Positions 1 to 9,349 of a stretch of 64,000 nt of DNA are shown here, piece after piece (the first letter of the stretch is position 1; every line of letters starts with the position of its first letter). Source of the stretch: Nitrosopumilus sp. (GTDB taxonomy: Archaea > Thermoproteota > Nitrososphaeria > Nitrososphaerales > Nitrosopumilaceae); contig CBDBLO010000002.1 in assembly GCA_965207075.1 (NCBI GenBank), positions 1,024,001-1,088,000 on the forward strand. The letters are read 5' to 3'. Made by a program: the position numbers and the translations under genes. Under the pieces are notes generated by a model. The model saw nothing but the letters and a program-made list of their open reading frames with translations. It was not told where the DNA came from and searched no databases.

Positions 1-127
1 TGGGCGTTCTGACGGGCCGATTCTGGCACCGGCGGCCGCCTGCTGATCAGGTACTGGTGCAAATTCGGTTGATAGACGTGCAGGCAGGGAATGATGATGT
101 TATATGGAACCGTGAGAATAGGCACGT

Positions 128-322
128 ATGGACTCGTATCAAGTTGAAATCAAAGAGGCGTTAATTCACGGCAGGGGATTGAAGCTCGACGGTGATCAAC
201 TTGTCGATTTTGCCGCGTACGCCCTGTCATATGACGGAGGCCCCCACGGGGAGGAGGCCAGACAGTTGGTTCTAGACCATATGAAGAAGCACAAAGCGGC
301 GGACGTTACCCAAGACTTTTAG
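128..322 (+). CDS. Small hypothetical protein (64 aa)
   Basis: ATG ORF preceded by TTATAT about 25 nt upstream; protein-like composition; no recognisable motif. Confidence 0.5.
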   Translation: MDSYQVEIKEALIHGRGLKLDGDQLVDFAAYALSYDGGPHGEEARQLVLDHMKKHKAADVTQDF

Positions 323-435
323 CCTCATGTATCCGATGATGTCTGGGCCGCAAGGCCCAATGTCACGGCCCCCTCGGACGGCGAGCACTCGGTGTCCGCG
401 GGGAGATTTTTCAGCATTCTACTAGCGTCGACCGT

Positions 436-1368
436 CTACCGTCTAGGAATCCTCTGGTCGGTTGCGATCAGGTAGAGGCTGCTGTTCTGGATGATCGTTT
501 TCCATTTGTTGGCTCCCTCGGTACTGATGCCCGCCACTTCTGCCGGGGTCTTGTTCTTGAGTGCATCGTGGCCGCGCACATGGTTGTAGTGGACCTTCAT
601 GCCGTCAAAGACCGCCGTGTCGTACGCGCTGAGGCCCCGGAAGGTCTTCTCCCTGTCGCGGATCGTCCCGTTCAACCTTTCCATCTTGTTATTCGACGGA
701 TGGAAGTTCGCGTGGTTCTTCTTGCCACTCGGTCCGACCCGCTTGCTACGTATGCCCGCGTCGCATTTGTGGTACGTCTTGTTGCCGAATATCTTGCGGG
801 CCGCCTTCTGGTAGGCGGGCAGCTTGTCCGTTATCAAAACGGTGGGGTTCTTGCCTGCCACATCTTTGGTGGTCTTGAATATGCCGTACGCGTCGTGCTT
901 GTCCTTGCTGTCGGCCAGCTCGCCCGCGAGCCAATAGCGGGTGTCGTCGTCCATCGTGCAGAACAGGTAGTATTTCTGGCCCCGAACCTTCACCCACACT
1001 TCGTCGCCCCGGAACCAGTTGCCCACGCTTGGGGCGAGGCTGTCCGTAAACATGCGAGCGATCCTAGAGTAGCGCTCAACCCACCTGCGGACGGTCGAGC
1101 CGTCCACGTCGATTCCGCGCACCTTGAGCGCGTCCGCTACCGACCTTGACGACATTCCAGAATAGAACAGGTGGATTGCCTCCGATACTATGGCGGGATC
1201 GAACTGCCTGTAACGAAACCCAAAGTTTGCCGAAAACGTCTTCTTGCAGGCGCGGCAAACGAACCTCTGCACCACGCCGGACTTGTTGCGGCGCGTGCCC
1301 TGCCTTACGATCTTGTCGGAGCGGCAGTGCTTGCAGAACTTGACGGTATCGTGTGATTCGACATTCAT
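436..1368 (-). mobile_element. IS6-like DDE transposase with N-terminal Zn ribbon
   Basis: CKHC..CRAC zinc ribbon, HTH (GMSSRSV...STVRRWV), DDE motifs FRGDE, ITDKLPAY, NNKMERLNG; element ends not identified. Confidence 0.85.
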
Positions 1369-1592
1369 GCGGCACGCCTCCTACGAATTATAAGCAGGAA
1401 TGAAGAAGTCCGCTCAGAGCCTATTAATGCGATCATTGGCGTCGCCACGCCTCCGATCTTTTTTCTCATCATCGCGGATGCGGATGCTCTCATGTATCTA
1501 GGTAATATCCATAGTAATATAAACTTTAGGTAATTTGGATGTCAACCATGATGCACATAAGACATATAATATGTAGAGACTGTTATATTACC

Positions 1593-1769
1593 ATGGGAAA
1601 AACCAATAGAACCAAACTTGCTCAGGCAAACACCAGCAACTCCTTGCGGGCTACGGTGCCGTCGCATATCATACAGGCGCTGGGGGCCAAGCCGGGGGAC
1701 GAGATCGAATGGTCGTTAAGGCCGGACGGCGACAGGTTTGCAGTGGATGTCGACTTTCACAGGCAGTGA
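1593..1769 (+). CDS. AbrB/MazE/SpoVT-family DNA-binding protein
   Basis: SLRATVPSHIIQALGAKPGDEIEW swapped-hairpin signature; divergent from the transposase. Confidence 0.8.
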   Translation: MGKTNRTKLAQANTSNSLRATVPSHIIQALGAKPGDEIEWSLRPDGDRFAVDVDFHRQ

Positions 1770-1774
1770 CTGTC

Positions 1775-1936
1775 ATGGTCACGAACGAGGTAAAGAGGGC
1801 AGAAAAGATGGCCGTGTTCTTTATGAAAATGCACGGCATGACATTCGACCAAGCAATCACCCACATGCAGTCATGGGCGCCCCACCTGCACAAGGCATAC
1901 GTGGACATGCGTAACTCCGAGGTAGAGAATAAATGA
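1775..1936 (+). CDS. Small hypothetical protein (53 aa)
   Basis: ATG 5 nt after the AbrB stop, suggesting an operon. Confidence 0.45.
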   Translation: MVTNEVKRAEKMAVFFMKMHGMTFDQAITHMQSWAPHLHKAYVDMRNSEVENK

Positions 1937-2026
1937 CAGATAACCGAAGCGGGTTCGGTCAACCCATGTCGTCCAACGTATTTGGCCAACGTTACAGCAA
2001 CGCCTCCCGCACGGGAGGCGTTCTAA

Positions 2027-3631
2027 CTGCCCGCGCGGCCCAACTGGGCAAACAGGACACTTGCCAAGTGTGACAATCTTGAATTTCTCCGATCGATGGA
2101 CAGCAATACGGTTGATCTCATAGCGACCGACCCCCCGTTCAACAAGTCAAAGGATTTTCACGCCACCCCGGACTCACTGGCAGCGGGAGCGTCATTTCAG
2201 GACAGGTGGAGCTGGGACGATGCCCTCGAAGAATGGCAGGATAAGATCAAGGATGACTTTCCAAGGGTTTGGAATGTCATATGGGGCTCGCGCCAGTCAT
2301 ACGGGGACGATATGGGTGGGTTCCTCTGCTTCATGGGCGTCCGCATCATAGAGATGCACCGCGTCCTCAAACAGACTGGGAGCATGTACCTGCACTGCGA
2401 TCCGACCGCAAGCCATTATCTCAAGGAGTTAATGGACTCGATATTCAAGCACAAGAATTTTCGAAGCGAGATCGTCTGGAGACGGTCAAATGCCCACAAC
2501 AAACTAAGAAGGCAATACGGGCCGATTCACGACATACTACTGTTCTACACCAAGACGGACGAATTTACGTTTGCACCGGGAATCGTGCCATATTCCAAAA
2601 AATACGTGAACGGATTTAAAACCGATGAGCGCGGATCTTATCATCTCAACAACATAACGGGTCCGGGCATACGGCACGGAGACAGCGGCAAGAAATGGGG
2701 CGGATTCGATCCCACAAAAGTAGGCAGGCATTGGGCCGTCCCAAAGGCCCTGAAGGCCTTCCTGCCGGACGGTGGCAAGGACATGACCACCATGCAACAA
2801 TTGGAGTTTTTACATGATCGCGAACTGATACTGATTCCAAAGAAGGGAGCATGGCCCGTGTACAAGCAGTATCTGGGCAGGGGCATACTGTACCAAGACA
2901 TATGGGCATACCAGCCAAACACCAACGGAGTTCTGTATGAAACTGATGCATGCATAGACGAGGATGTGAAATACCTTGACAACGAACCAGAGAAGACCGG
3001 TTATCCAACCCAGAAACCCATTGGCTTGTACGAGCGCATAATCAGGACATCAAGCAACAAGGGCGATGTCGTTCTAGACCCCTTCTGCGGCTGCGCCACG
3101 ACCTGCGTGGCTGCCGAGAAGCTGGGCAGGCAGTGGATCGGTATAGACATCTGGGACAAGGCGCATGAGGTGGTCATAGAGCGCCTCAGAAAGGAGGGCT
3201 TCCTCGCGAGACCCGGTGAGAAGCGGCAAGACATCCTGATAACGAGAGGAGAGATCACGTATGTGAAAAAACCCTTGAAACGCAAGGACGGGGGATCGGA
3301 GGCAGTGCCATTCTTGGAAACCAAGATGAAACTGTTTGATGACTCCGAGCATGACCCATACAGCAACAAGGAGAAAAAATGCATGCTGTTGGAACAGTGC
3401 GGGCCGTGCTGCCAAGGGTGTGGCATCGAGTTGCACGAAAGGTATCTGGAGCTGGATCACAAGGAGCCCAGATCGGCGGGCGGCTCCAACCTCATACGGA
3501 ACCGCATACTGCTGTGCGGGCCGTGCAACAAGCTAAAGCGCGACCTGTACACGCTGGTGTGGCTGAGGCGGGAAAACATCAAGCTTGGCTACATGATCAA
3601 CGAGAAGGTTCTGGCCCCGCTCAAGGGCTGA
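2027..3631 (+). CDS. Beta-class N6A/N4C DNA methyltransferase fused to a C-terminal HNH nuclease domain
   Basis: Motif IV DPPF, TRD, YPTQKP, motif I DPFCGCATT; C-terminal CQGCG..LELDHKEPRS..GGSN..LLCGPCNKLK. Family-like N-terminus PNWANRTL..DNLEFLRSM lies upstream of ATG 2096, open from CTG 2027. Confidence 0.85.
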   Translation: MPARPNWANRTLAKCDNLEFLRSMDSNTVDLIATDPPFNKSKDFHATPDSLAAGASFQDRWSWDDALEEWQDKIKDDFPRVWNVIWGSRQSYGDDMGGFLCFMGVRIIEMHRVLKQTGSMYLHCDPTASHYLKELMDSIFKHKNFRSEIVWRRSNAHNKLRRQYGPIHDILLFYTKTDEFTFAPGIVPYSKKYVNGFKTDERGSYHLNNITGPGIRHGDSGKKWGGFDPTKVGRHWAVPKALKAFLPDGGKDMTTMQQLEFLHDRELILIPKKGAWPVYKQYLGRGILYQDIWAYQPNTNGVLYETDACIDEDVKYLDNEPEKTGYPTQKPIGLYERIIRTSSNKGDVVLDPFCGCATTCVAAEKLGRQWIGIDIWDKAHEVVIERLRKEGFLARPGEKRQDILITRGEITYVKKPLKRKDGGSEAVPFLETKMKLFDDSEHDPYSNKEKKCMLLEQCGPCCQGCGIELHERYLELDHKEPRSAGGSNLIRNRILLCGPCNKLKRDLYTLVWLRRENIKLGYMINEKVLAPLKG

Positions 3632-3713
3632 TCTGCCGTCCTGACTATGGATTCCTACTGCCGTGTCGATATCACGTATTGGAAGCCGTACCTGCACGGA
3701 AACCACACAAGTA

Positions 3714-3965
3714 TTAGGAATCTGGCTTTTGCCGTCGTATCTCGTAAACATGGATATTGTCGTATTTGATGCGGCATGACACGACAAGAGTCCTGCCTAT
3801 CCAGAGATGCAACACCATACGCCGAATCAGTAGGTTGTAAGGCCGGATGCTTTGCAGGAACTGGTCCAACTTGCCCAGCATATTGCTGACAAGCTTCCTC
3901 TCCCCAATGCTCAATCTGTCAGATTCCTTTGCAAATGAAGAGGAAGTAGTCCAATTTTTGCTCAT
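3714..3965 (-). CDS. Putative divergent RelE/ParE-like toxin
   Basis: 83 aa, basic; pattern TTSSSFAKESDRL..ERKLV...LWIGRTLVVSCRIKYDNIHVYEI resembles the RelE fold. Confidence 0.45.
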   Translation of the reverse strand: MSKNWTTSSSFAKESDRLSIGERKLVSNMLGKLDQFLQSIRPYNLLIRRMVLHLWIGRTLVVSCRIKYDNIHVYEIRRQKPDS

Positions 3966-3969
3966 TAGA

Positions 3970-4089
3970 CTACTTCCGTTTTTTTTCCAACAGATACTTT
4001 TGCAGGTCTTCTACACTGTCATATGAGCAAGCTACGCTCTCGTCTATGTCGTCGTCTATCGCAGATTCGATTTCGAACGTGCGTTTCAT
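3970..4089 (-). CDS. Putative mini antitoxin (39 aa, not in ORF track)
   Basis: MKRTFEIESAIDDDIDESVACSYDSVEDLQKYLLEKKRK; acidic, YDSVEDL resembles RelB/DinJ C-termini; stop 4 nt before the toxin-like ATG; AT-rich TATA region at ~4111-4125. Confidence 0.45.
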   Translation of the reverse strand: MKRTFEIESAIDDDIDESVACSYDSVEDLQKYLLEKKRK

Positions 4090-4230
4090 TACGTGATATT
4101 CTCACGTTTAGTTATATAATTATATGGTTTATGATAGTCTTAGCACCACTGCCAAAAACTTAGTTCTGGTGCCTCTCACCGAATCCGCGCAAGCCACGAT
4201 TCATTAGGGGCATGACATCCTACATACGGC

Positions 4231-4476
4231 ATGAACACGCAGGCAGATACAAGCGACAAGCCGCCAAAGGAACCGGACATACTCAAGCTCACATTTGGCG
4301 GCCTCCTCCAGACCAAGGAGTACGTCATAAGCGAGATCGAGCACTGGGGATCGCCCTTCCTGAACCCCTCAAAGATGTGGGACGACGCGGTAAAGGCGGG
4401 CCGCATCAAGAAGTCGGACAAGAAGTCCCTGTGGCTTGACCTGTACGAGCTTGACGGCGATCTGGGCCGGGCATAA
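4231..4476 (+). CDS. Hypothetical protein (81 aa)
   Basis: ATG ORF with protein-like composition and GC3 bias. Confidence 0.5.
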   Translation: MNTQADTSDKPPKEPDILKLTFGGLLQTKEYVISEIEHWGSPFLNPSKMWDDAVKAGRIKKSDKKSLWLDLYELDGDLGRA

Positions 4477-4501
4477 ATACGCAGGCGCGCACGTACAGTC
4501 A

Positions 4502-4699
4502 ATGACAAGAACGCCTGAGGAGCTGTACCGAGTACTGGACAGCGTGCGGGAAACTTGGGAGCCTAGGCTTGGGAAGGTGGACGACGATTTTTACGCCTCC
4601 GGCCTCGTGTCGTTTGCGGACGTGCCGCACGTACCGACGGCCAGACGCGTTGTGTCCGACTGGAAGCGCCGTCGCGGTCTCGGAGAAGATCAGGCGTGA
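4502..4699 (+). CDS. Hypothetical protein (65 aa)
   Basis: ATG ORF 25 nt after the previous gene. Confidence 0.45.
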   Translation: MTRTPEELYRVLDSVRETWEPRLGKVDDDFYASGLVSFADVPHVPTARRVVSDWKRRRGLGEDQA

Positions 4700-4771
4700 C
4701 GCCTATCAACCGAATTTGCACCAGTACCGCTGATCAAAATATAGATAAACCCCACTCCGTCCATCCTGTCC

Positions 4772-5659
4772 GTGGCAGCTTCAAAAAGAGCGACCAAAAA
4801 GGACCTAGAGTCCAAGATTGTCGAGCTGGAGTCAAAGATAGACGCGCTTGTGGCCGAGCTGCAGGACAACGCGGCGGCCAAGTCTGACGAGAGTGCCAAC
4901 GCCGCGTCCAAGGCATCGTCCAAGGGCACGCTTCCAAAGGGATTTGACAAGGCGGCCCCCAAGCCCGAGCCCAAAAAGGCCGAGGCAGCGGCGGAGCCCA
5001 AGAAGCCCAAGGGCACGCTTCCAAAGGGATTTGACAAGGCGGCCCCCAAGCCCGAGCCCAAAAAGGCCGAGGCAGCGGCGGAGCCCAAGAAGCCCAAGGG
5101 CACGCTTCCAAAGGGATTTGACAAGGCGGCCCCCAAGCCCGAGCCCAAAAAGGACGAGGCAGCGGCGGAGCCCAAGAAGCCCAAGGGCACGCTTCCAAAG
5201 GGATTTGACAAGGCGGCCCCCAAGCCGGCGGCGGCAGAAAAGCCAAAACCGGCCGAGTCTGCCAAGCCACCCGCGGCCACCGTTGCGGCCGCCCTGGAGG
5301 ACGCGTACTATGACGCCCCGCAGACTGACTTTCACAAGTACCGCACCAACGTCACGGGCTATTCGCCTGCGCCAAACCGGTACTATGTCAGGCTGACGGC
5401 CCCCGTGGGCACGGTTCCAACCACAAACTGGAACGAGCAGAAGGCAAAGGTTACGGGGTACACGCAGCCCTCGGACCAATACTTTGCGACGCGGACCCGG
5501 CTTGCGTACCATCCTCCGGACAAGAGGTTTGGAAGCTTCAGCGGGACGGCTATGAGCGTCGAGGTTGCGGCCGCGGGGCAGGAGCAGCAGCAGACTCCAA
5601 AGCCAGAATCGACAACAGCAGCATCAAAATCCAAGGGAACGCTCCCAAAGGGTTTCTGA
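4772..5659 (+). CDS. Coiled-coil + GTLPKGF-repeat low-complexity protein, paralogue A
   Basis: N-terminal heptad ATKKDLESKIVELESKIDAL; 5 GTLPKGF motifs; aromatic central domain; TATA-like at ~4740; T-tract after stop. Confidence 0.8.
   Translation: MAASKRATKKDLESKIVELESKIDALVAELQDNAAAKSDESANAASKASSKGTLPKGFDKAAPKPEPKKAEAAAEPKKPKGTLPKGFDKAAPKPEPKKAEAAAEPKKPKGTLPKGFDKAAPKPEPKKDEAAAEPKKPKGTLPKGFDKAAPKPAAAEKPKPAESAKPPAATVAAALEDAYYDAPQTDFHKYRTNVTGYSPAPNRYYVRLTAPVGTVPTTNWNEQKAKVTGYTQPSDQYFATRTRLAYHPPDKRFGSFSGTAMSVEVAAAGQEQQQTPKPESTTAASKSKGTLPKGF
4921..5226 (+). repeat. 87-bp (29-aa) intragenic tandem repeat, ~3.5 copies
   Basis: Unit caagggcacgcttccaaagggatttgacaaggcggcccccaagcccgagcccaaaaaggccgaggcagcggcggagcccaagaagcc; also present at ~6300-6530. 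Confidence 0.95.
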
Positions 5660-5698
5660 GCACCTGACTTTTTTAATTTTTAATAGCGACTGGGGCGT

Positions 5699-5899
5699 AT
5701 GCCGTACGTGCCCCCGCTGACTAGCTGCCACAACTGCGGCCAAAAGGAATGGCTTGAGAGCCCGGAACTGGGGTACATTCCACGGCTTGAGAAGGACCCG
5801 GAAGGCGGGTACATGGCAGACACCAACAACGGCGTGCACCTTAGGGTTTGGCGCTGCAACAACTGTATGTTCGTAATGACGTTCTGGGAGCCGGACTAG
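5699..5899 (+). CDS. Small zinc-ribbon protein (66 aa)
   Basis: CHNCG and WRCNNC pairs; own TTTTTAAT promoter-like element. Confidence 0.75.
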   Translation: MPYVPPLTSCHNCGQKEWLESPELGYIPRLEKDPEGGYMADTNNGVHLRVWRCNNCMFVMTFWEPD

Positions 5900-6063
5900 G
5901 ATGTTTCGGGCGTATGGCCACCGCCACCTCCTCGGCTGCAGCTGCCCGGGCCGTACGCGGACGCCATATTTTGTATCTTTTTGGGCATTTTTCTGTAAAA
6001 TTGGCAGGCATGATCGCATCCCAAACAAAATGTAAATAAGCATCACGTCTGTTCGTACATTAA

Positions 6064-7212
6064 ATGGCAACCACACGCAGCACATCAAAGTCTACAAGGA
6101 CATCCCGCGCTACTAAAAAGGACCTCGAGTCAAAGATTGCGGAACTAGAGGCGAAGCTGGCAAGCCTGTCTGAGCAGCTGGGGCCAAAGCCTGCTCCAGA
6201 GCCAAAGAAGGAGCCAAAGCCAGAGCCCAAAAAGGCCGAGGCAGCGGCGGAGCCCAAGAAGGCCAAAAAGGCCGAGGCAGCGGCGGAGCCCAAGAAGGCC
6301 AAGGGCACGCTTCCAAAGGGATTTGACAAGGCAGCCCCCAAGCCCGAGCCCAAAAAGGCCGAGGCAGCGGCGGAGCCCAAGAAGCCCAAGGGCACGCTTC
6401 CAAAGGGATTTGACAAGGCAGCCCCCAAGCCCGCCCCGAAGCCCGAGCCCAAAAAGGCCGAGGCAGCGGCGGAGCCCAAGAAGCCCAAGGGCACGCTTCC
6501 AAAGGGATTTGACAAGGCAGCCCCCAAGCCGGCGGCGGCAGAAAAGCCAAAACCGGCCGAGTCTGCCAAGCCACCCGCGGCCACCGTTGCGGCCGCCCTG
6601 GAGGACGCGTACTATGACGCCCCGCAGACTGACTTTCACAAGTACCGCACCAACGTCACGGGCTATTCGCCTGCGGCGAACCGGTACTATGTCAGGCTGA
6701 CGGCCCCCGTGGGCACGGTTCCAACCACAAACTGGAACGAACAGAAGGCAAAGGTTACGGGGTACACGCAGCCCTCGGACCAATACTTTGCAACGCGGCC
6801 TAGGCTTGCATACCATCCTCCGGACAAGAGGTTTGGAAGCTTCAGCGGGACGGCCATGAAGGTGGAGGGCGTCTCGGCGTCCGGCAGCAGCAGTGCGCAG
6901 GCCGAAAAGCAGTCACCGCCGCCACCGCCGCCACCACCCGCAGAGGCCCAGCAGCAGTCACCGCCGCCGCCACCACCCCCCGACGACCGCAACAGGTCGC
7001 AGAAGCTTGCCGACTATGAGGCAGACTATCTAAATCGGCTGGAGGAGCAGCGGCAAGAGGCAGCCAAGGCCGTGGCAGAGCAAGCGGCAGCCGAGGCAGC
7101 CGAGGCAGCGTCTGCATCCGACTCCGGAAAGCGCGGGGCGCTTCCAAAGGGATTTGAACCAAAGCCTGAACCTCCAAAGAAACCCCGAGGGACATTGCCA
7201 AAAGGCTTTTAG
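6064..7212 (+). CDS. Coiled-coil + GTLPKGF-repeat low-complexity protein, paralogue B
   Basis: Same architecture as 4772-5659, plus poly-Pro tracts and a charged helix; ends in GTLPKGF. Confidence 0.8.
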   Translation: MATTRSTSKSTRTSRATKKDLESKIAELEAKLASLSEQLGPKPAPEPKKEPKPEPKKAEAAAEPKKAKKAEAAAEPKKAKGTLPKGFDKAAPKPEPKKAEAAAEPKKPKGTLPKGFDKAAPKPAPKPEPKKAEAAAEPKKPKGTLPKGFDKAAPKPAAAEKPKPAESAKPPAATVAAALEDAYYDAPQTDFHKYRTNVTGYSPAANRYYVRLTAPVGTVPTTNWNEQKAKVTGYTQPSDQYFATRPRLAYHPPDKRFGSFSGTAMKVEGVSASGSSSAQAEKQSPPPPPPPPAEAQQQSPPPPPPPDDRNRSQKLADYEADYLNRLEEQRQEAAKAVAEQAAAEAAEAASASDSGKRGALPKGFEPKPEPPKKPRGTLPKGF

Positions 7213-7259
7213 CCGTTTGACGCGTCCCGCCTATTTTCTTCTTTATTGTTTCGCAGCGC

Positions 7260-7730
7260 CTACGCTGGCCTGCTGCGCTCAAACTCTTCAAGCACGTCCT
7301 TGGCGTGTCCTGCGGGCCTTACCTTGCTGTACACCTTGAACACCGTCCCCTCTTCGTCCACAAGAAACGTACTCCTGTTGACTCCCATGTATTCGCGTCC
7401 CATGAATTTTTTCTTGCCCCAGACGCCAAACGCTTCTGCTACCTTCTTGTCGGTGTCGGCCAAAAGCACGTACGGTATGCCCATCTTTTTGCAGAACTTG
7501 CCGTGCGATTCGACGCTGTCCGGACTGATGCCGACCACCTCTATGCCTCTCTTCCTAAACTCGTCGTACGCCTTTGAGAATTCGTCTGCCTCGGTTGTGC
7601 ATCCCGACGTAAAGTCCTTTGGGTAAAAGTAGATCACGTACTTTCTGCCCCTGAGGGCGCCAGAGCCCGTGGCGTTCCCGGACACATCCATGAGCTCAAA
7701 TGCCGGCACCTTGTCACCGTCCGTCAGCAT
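7260..7730 (-). CDS. bcp: Peroxiredoxin Q/BCP (second Cys in helix 3)
   Basis: YFYPKDFTSGCT, GISPD, HGKFC, RSTFLVD. Confidence 0.93.
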   Translation of the reverse strand: MLTDGDKVPAFELMDVSGNATGSGALRGRKYVIYFYPKDFTSGCTTEADEFSKAYDEFRKRGIEVVGISPDSVESHGKFCKKMGIPYVLLADTDKKVAEAFGVWGKKKFMGREYMGVNRSTFLVDEEGTVFKVYSKVRPAGHAKDVLEEFERSRPA

Positions 7731-7953
7731 GGTTGTCCGCACCTGATGGTTGTTTTATACCTTGAGCGCGGGACAGACGCCGCGAGCGGTAACTGCCCGA
7801 CACCCCCGCGATACTGCCCCCGTGACGGCCGGATGTATGGGCACATGTATGATCCGGTGTGCGGCGTGATCGGATATTGAACGGGGAGTAACGTTGGACG
7901 GTTACCCTCACGCGTTGCGAATCTTTTATATGTAAAATTACGTGTGTTGCCGC

Positions 7954-8667
7954 ATGGCCAATCCCCGGGCGTATCTTGCTGAAGCCATTGCAACATACGG
8001 ACTTGTCTTTTTTGGACCGCTCTCTGTAATATTGGCAATCGCGTCATTTGGCGAAGAGCTGACCACCCAGTCCGTCCTCTTCATATCGCTCGGACACGGC
8101 GGCGCAATTGCACTTATGATATACGCGTTCGGACATGTTTCCGGGGCGCACATCAACCCTGCAGTCACCATACCGATGATGATTACAAAGAAGATCGGTG
8201 TCAGCGACGGCATTGCGTATATAGCGTCGCAGCTGGTGGGTGCCGTGGCCGCGGCCGCTACGCTAAAGGCCATACTTCCGGAGCTGGGTGCAAAGGTTAA
8301 CTTTGGCACGCAGGGGGGACCCAGCGACCTCATAAACAACAGCGTCGGATCCGGCTTTGCAATAGAGGCAATCCTGACGTTCTTTCTGGTTACGGTCATA
8401 TTCATGACGGCCGTCCACAAGAGGGCATCGCCGGGATGGCACGGCTTTGCAATAGGCGGGATGGTCTTCCTGATCCATCTGATTGCGGTACCGCTGACGG
8501 GCGCGTCCGTAAACCCGGCAAGGACGTTTGGGCCCGCGCTCATATCTGGCTTTTGGGAGTTTCACTGGCTGTACTGGGCCGCGCCTATCCTGGGCGGCAT
8601 CATAGCGGGCCTGATAATGAACTACGTATTCGTCAAAAAGGCCGACGCAGAGGCAGCCGAAGCCTGA
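7954..8667 (+). CDS. Aquaporin (MIP family)
   Basis: SGAHINPAVT and GASVNPARTFGP NPA boxes; 6 TM. Confidence 0.95.
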   Translation: MANPRAYLAEAIATYGLVFFGPLSVILAIASFGEELTTQSVLFISLGHGGAIALMIYAFGHVSGAHINPAVTIPMMITKKIGVSDGIAYIASQLVGAVAAAATLKAILPELGAKVNFGTQGGPSDLINNSVGSGFAIEAILTFFLVTVIFMTAVHKRASPGWHGFAIGGMVFLIHLIAVPLTGASVNPARTFGPALISGFWEFHWLYWAAPILGGIIAGLIMNYVFVKKADAEAAEA

Positions 8668-8701
8668 AAACCTTTAAAAAAATTTGGCACGCCATGGCCC
8701 C

Positions 8702-9202
8702 ATGGTCAAGGGCGCCGACAGCAGACACAATGCTGGTGTGGGAGCCGCCGCCGGGGTGCTTGCCGCGCAGTGCTCAGAGATGAAGGAGATTGTAGAGTCT
8801 GCAGAGGGGTGGAGCAACGGGGAGCGGCCGGAGCGCGACGGCCTGGATGATCTCATAAATGCATACTATGCAGTGTCAAACGTCATGACGCTCACAGGAA
8901 CGCTAAAAGATACGGCCTGTGATGGCAGCCTGCCTGGGCTGATATCCGACGCCGAGTCCTTTGTCTCCAAGCGCTTTGATGACGCACTGCACAGGGATGC
9001 AAAACGCGTGATAAACGACATGATACGGGACATCGTAGGCGAGCTGACGCCCTCCTCGCGGCTGTCGTCATTGCAGGACGGGGCCGCTCCCGCAAACGGG
9101 GCCGCCGAATCCGAAAAGTATGCCCGGCTCAGAAAACTCATGAGCGTGCGCGAGTTTGTGGGACAGTACGATGCAATGGTGCGCGATCGTGCCGGACTCT
9201 AA
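8702..9202 (+). CDS. Hypothetical helical protein
   Basis: ORF about 25 nt after TTTAAA; start uncertain (8684/8702). Confidence 0.6.
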   Translation: MVKGADSRHNAGVGAAAGVLAAQCSEMKEIVESAEGWSNGERPERDGLDDLINAYYAVSNVMTLTGTLKDTACDGSLPGLISDAESFVSKRFDDALHRDAKRVINDMIRDIVGELTPSSRLSSLQDGAAPANGAAESEKYARLRKLMSVREFVGQYDAMVRDRAGL

Positions 9203-9349
9203 TGGTGGCCCCGATGATGGTGATGATGACGGTGATGCTGACGGTGACGCCTACAACGACAATCGTTCTGACAACGGCGCTGCAGCCTCTGACGAAAACA
9301 CATGTCGTGACTTGGACAGATCCGACTCGGGCCCGTGACTGCGTGAAGG

